Under the pieces are notes generated by a model. That model was given only the letters and a program-made list of their open reading frames with translations, did not search any database and was not told where the DNA came from. The translations under genes and the position numbers were made by a program. From Lingula anatina (lineage: Eukaryota > Animalia > Brachiopoda), in assembly GCA_051362555.1 (NCBI GenBank), contig CM120644.1:25318534-25382533 (forward strand): 64,000 bases of DNA, written 5' to 3'. Shown piece after piece: positions 61,701 through 64,000 of this stretch (position 1 is the stretch's first letter; each line of letters opens with the position of its first letter).

Positions 61701-62533
61701 TATTCCATGAGGAAGTTGTGGACATCTTTGAAGTAGATGTTCTCCACAGTGTCTGCGGCTGTGGAGTTAAAGCTGGTCGCACTGTGGGGGTACAACTGGT
61801 GAAGCTTCTCCTTCAGAGCACTGAAGAAACTGAAAGAGAAAGAAAGAGAATCCTCATAACTGACATAGCAAGGTGAGTATGGTGTCTCTGCCACTGCATT
61901 GATGAAACTTAACTTAGGCAAAGATAAAAATGAAGACAATATTATTTCACACATTTTCTTAAATACATATAATTATTACATAAATGTTTACAGATGAGGT
62001 TTTTAAAACCATCAATCAGTGACATATATTTGATTATTACAAGAATTATTAACATGATTATTATTGACCAGTTTCTTTAGACACCATGATTTCATAAAAC
62101 TCCCACTAAAAACTTGTCCCCACCTTTCATTGTAAGACTGCAGCATGATAGTGACAGCATATGAGATGACACGCTGACGATTCCTGAGGAAATATCTGGA
62201 TATCCCCGTCTCTATCCAGGCCATGCCAAACAGCAACTCTGACAGGAAAGAAGACCAAATTTTAATTTTCTTTTTTGGATTAAATTGTTAAATTCCAGTA
62301 AGTATATCAATTTCTTTCATCAAGTTACCCCTTGATAAATATCACCTAACTGTGAACACTTCCCTGATGAAGTAATGTCTTTTAATTCTGTAAACCTTCT
62401 TGTCATCAACTATTACTAGTCTACTAAAGGTAATGTCTCCATGTTCTCACCTCTCAATGGTGGTACCATCTCCATGTTGCTGGCACCATAATTCTTGTAA
62501 ATGGTGTTGATGATTTCCCCATCGGACTGAAAC
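46908..62533 (-). CDS. SCAP: Sterol regulatory element-binding protein cleavage-activating protein, 5' exons outside window
   Basis: 20 phase-consistent minus-strand exons: 62451-62533, 62124-62238, 61645-61829, 60676-60802, 60380-60492, 59666-59859, 58842-58994, 58347-58562, 57528-57874, 57037-57306, 56155-56284, 55878-55993, 55066-55690, 54753-54838, 53756-53868, 53032-53216, 52373-52453, 51161-51373, 50417-50479, 46908-47090. Sterol-sensing domain motifs [67 protein letters not shown]; WD40 repeats; C-terminus PSVLEKVD*. Confidence 0.96.
47074..50240 (-). repeat. Acceptor-spanning tandem repeat of the SCAP terminal exon, 57 bp x ~56
   Basis: Minus-strand unit TTAGGGTTAATGTATAATATTCTGTGTCCCATGTTTCCAG|GGTTGTATTGTACTGTG; the last copy continues into the exon. 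Confidence 0.96.
50417..55993 (-). CDS. SCAP: SCAP WD40-domain exons
   Basis: [25 protein letters not shown]; [21 protein letters not shown]; [21 protein letters not shown]; [17 protein letters not shown]; [20 protein letters not shown]. Confidence 0.93.
50838..51221 (-). repeat. Donor-spanning tandem repeat, 97-103 bp x4
   Basis: CAGATG|GTAAGTT at 51160 (true), 51057, 50960, 50857. Confidence 0.9.
51348..52102 (-). repeat. Acceptor-spanning tandem repeat, 58 bp x13
   Basis: GATTCTCAG|GGTGCTCCTCTAGC; two copies have CAG mutated to CAT. Confidence 0.93.
52382..52888 (-). repeat. Acceptor plus near-whole-exon tandem repeat, 102 bp x5 (in frame)
   Basis: CTATTACAG|GTCTACAGG at 52454, 52556, 52658, 52760, 52862. 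Confidence 0.93.
54192..54837 (-). repeat. Near-whole-exon plus donor tandem repeat, 92 bp x7
   Basis: GGAAAGAA|GTAAGTAT at 54752 (true) and every 92 bp down to 54200. Confidence 0.93.
56520..57065 (-). repeat. Donor-spanning tandem repeat, 32 bp x17
   Basis: ATCTACTTCATGATGATATT(A/G)TACAG|GTAGGT; true donor at 57036. Confidence 0.93.
57965..58365 (-). repeat. Donor-spanning tandem repeat, 52 bp x8
   Basis: GTACAGAGAGTTATCATG|GTATGT; true donor at 58346. Confidence 0.93.
58679..58799. repeat. Interrupted (TG)n microsatellite
   Basis: Direct reading. Confidence 0.9.
59323..59650. repeat. Intronic 55-bp minisatellite x6, starting ~15 bp from a SCAP donor
   Basis: TTAATGTTAAGACAGCTCAGT(G/A)GATATATCTAGAGGTGGTTTAATGTATACTACA. 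Confidence 0.9.
59666..61829 (-). CDS. SCAP: SCAP sterol-sensing domain exons (61645-61829, 60676-60802, 60380-60492, 59666-59859)
   Basis: [20 protein letters not shown] (YIYF-type motif), [33 protein letters not shown]. Confidence 0.95.
60880..61363. repeat. Intronic 40-bp minisatellite, ~11 copies
   Basis: TTTTATACCTAATTACAGTGGAGTAGACTTAGGCTTTAAA. Confidence 0.9.
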
Positions 62534-62954
62534 CTGGAAAATTTTGGAACACATATGAAATACTTTTCCTTCAAATATTTGAACAGTCATAACAACTGAC
62601 TGCCATGTGTCCATCTAGTGTCAACCTGCTGATAAACTGACCACATCTTGCAGCTCAAGGTGAATCCACATGTTAATGTCGCCTGAATTGGTCAATATAG
62701 CTTTTCCCCATTTATCTTTAAATGTAAATTACTTATCTACATATTAGCTCAAAAAATGTAATACCTTTAGAGGGAAAATTCCCCTTTTCATTGTTTTAGT
62801 CACCATGCAACATTCTTTTCAGCTATAAAGCCATTTATCCTCAATTCAACTGCTTTGTTAATTTGTGGAAGATGGTGATCAGTTTAAACACTTTACTCCA
62901 GATCTATATAAGATATTATCATATCAGTATCTTCACTTCACACAGTACAGGATC

Positions 62955-64000
62955 TCCTACCTTGCTAGGTCTCTGTTCCACAGATTGGCAGGAGATAAGA
63001 CCAGACAGCTATATTATCATATCAGTATCCTACCTTGCTAGGTCTCTATTCCACAGGTTAGCAGGAGATAAGACCAGACAGCTATATTATCATATCAGTA
63101 TCCTACCTTGCTAGGTCTCTATTCCACAGGTTGGCAGGAGATAAGACCAGACAGCTATATTATCATATCAGTATCCTACTTCTCCAGGTCTCTATTCCAC
63201 AGGTTGGCAGGAGATAAGACCAGACAGCTATATTATCATATCAGTATCCTACCTTGCTAGGTCTCTATTCCACAGGTTAGCAGGAGATAAGACCAGACAG
63301 CTATATTATCATATCAGTATCCTACCTTGCTAGGTCTCTATTCCACAGGTTAGCAGGAGATAAGACCAGACAGCTATATTATCATATCAGTATCCTACCT
63401 TGCTAGGTCTCTATTCCACAGGTTAGCAGGAGATAAGACCAGACAGCTATATTATCATATCAGTATCCTACCTTGCTAGGTCTCTATTCCACAGGTTAGC
63501 AGGAGATAAGACCAGACAGCTATATTATCATATCAGTATCCTACCTTGCTAGGTCTCTATTCCACAGGTTAGCAGGAGATAAGACCAGACAGCTATATTA
63601 TCATATCAGTATCCTACCTTGCTAGGTCTCTGTTCCACAGATTGGCAGGAGATAAGACCAGACAGCTATATTATCATATCAGTATCCTACCTTGCTAGGT
63701 CTCTATTCCACAGGTTAGCAGGAGATAAGACCAGACAGCTATATTATCATATCAGTATCCTACCTTGCTAGGTCTCTATTCCACAGGTTAGCAGGAGATA
63801 AGACCAGACAGCTATATTATCATATCAGTATCCTACCTTGCTAGGTCTCTATTCCACAGGTTAGCAGGAGATAAGACCAGACAGCTATATTATCATATCA
63901 GTATCCTACCTTGCTAGGTCTCTATTCCACAGGTTAGCAGGAGATAAGACCAGACAGCTATATTATCATATCAGTATCCTACCTTGCTAGGTCTCTATTC
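62955..64000 (-). repeat. Donor-spanning tandem repeat of an upstream SCAP exon, 73 bp x >=15, runs off window
   Basis: Unit encodes CLVLSPANLWNRDLA(R)|GTAGG, resembling SCAP loop-1 CLLLSPGNFW..D..RF; phase 2 matches exon 62451-62533. Confidence 0.9.

Overview
AT-rich animal genomic DNA (invertebrate; mollusc-like by repeat content, which is an inference) with two convergent multi-exon genes, both running off the window. On the + strand is a polycystin-1 family (PKD1L2-like) gene: 29 exons at 2803-43411 encoding Sushi, TSP1, EGF-like, REJ, GAIN/GPS, TM1, PLAT, a 24x16-aa loop repeat and the TOP/polycystin channel domain. On the - strand is SCAP (SREBP cleavage-activating protein): 20 exons at 46908-62533. 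All exons were assembled by hand with GT-AG sites and consistent phases. The most striking pattern is that about 16 clear and about 5 decayed tandem arrays are built from the genes' own exon-intron junctions. Each unit is a piece of exon plus its splice site plus adjacent intron (28-103 bp, 2 to ~77 copies), so real splice sites are flanked by near-identical decoys. The extreme case is ~55 decoy acceptors upstream of the terminal SCAP exon. Introns also hold nested transposons: a CACTA-like element containing a deleted Gypsy element, Helentron/HINE-like elements, Harbinger MITEs, hAT-like MITEs, a Kolobok-like TTAA element with a decayed spliced gene, and a LINE tail. The longest ORFs in the track (~1050-1080 aa at 47-50 kb) are repeat artefacts. 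Coordinates were counted by eye and may be off by a few bases.
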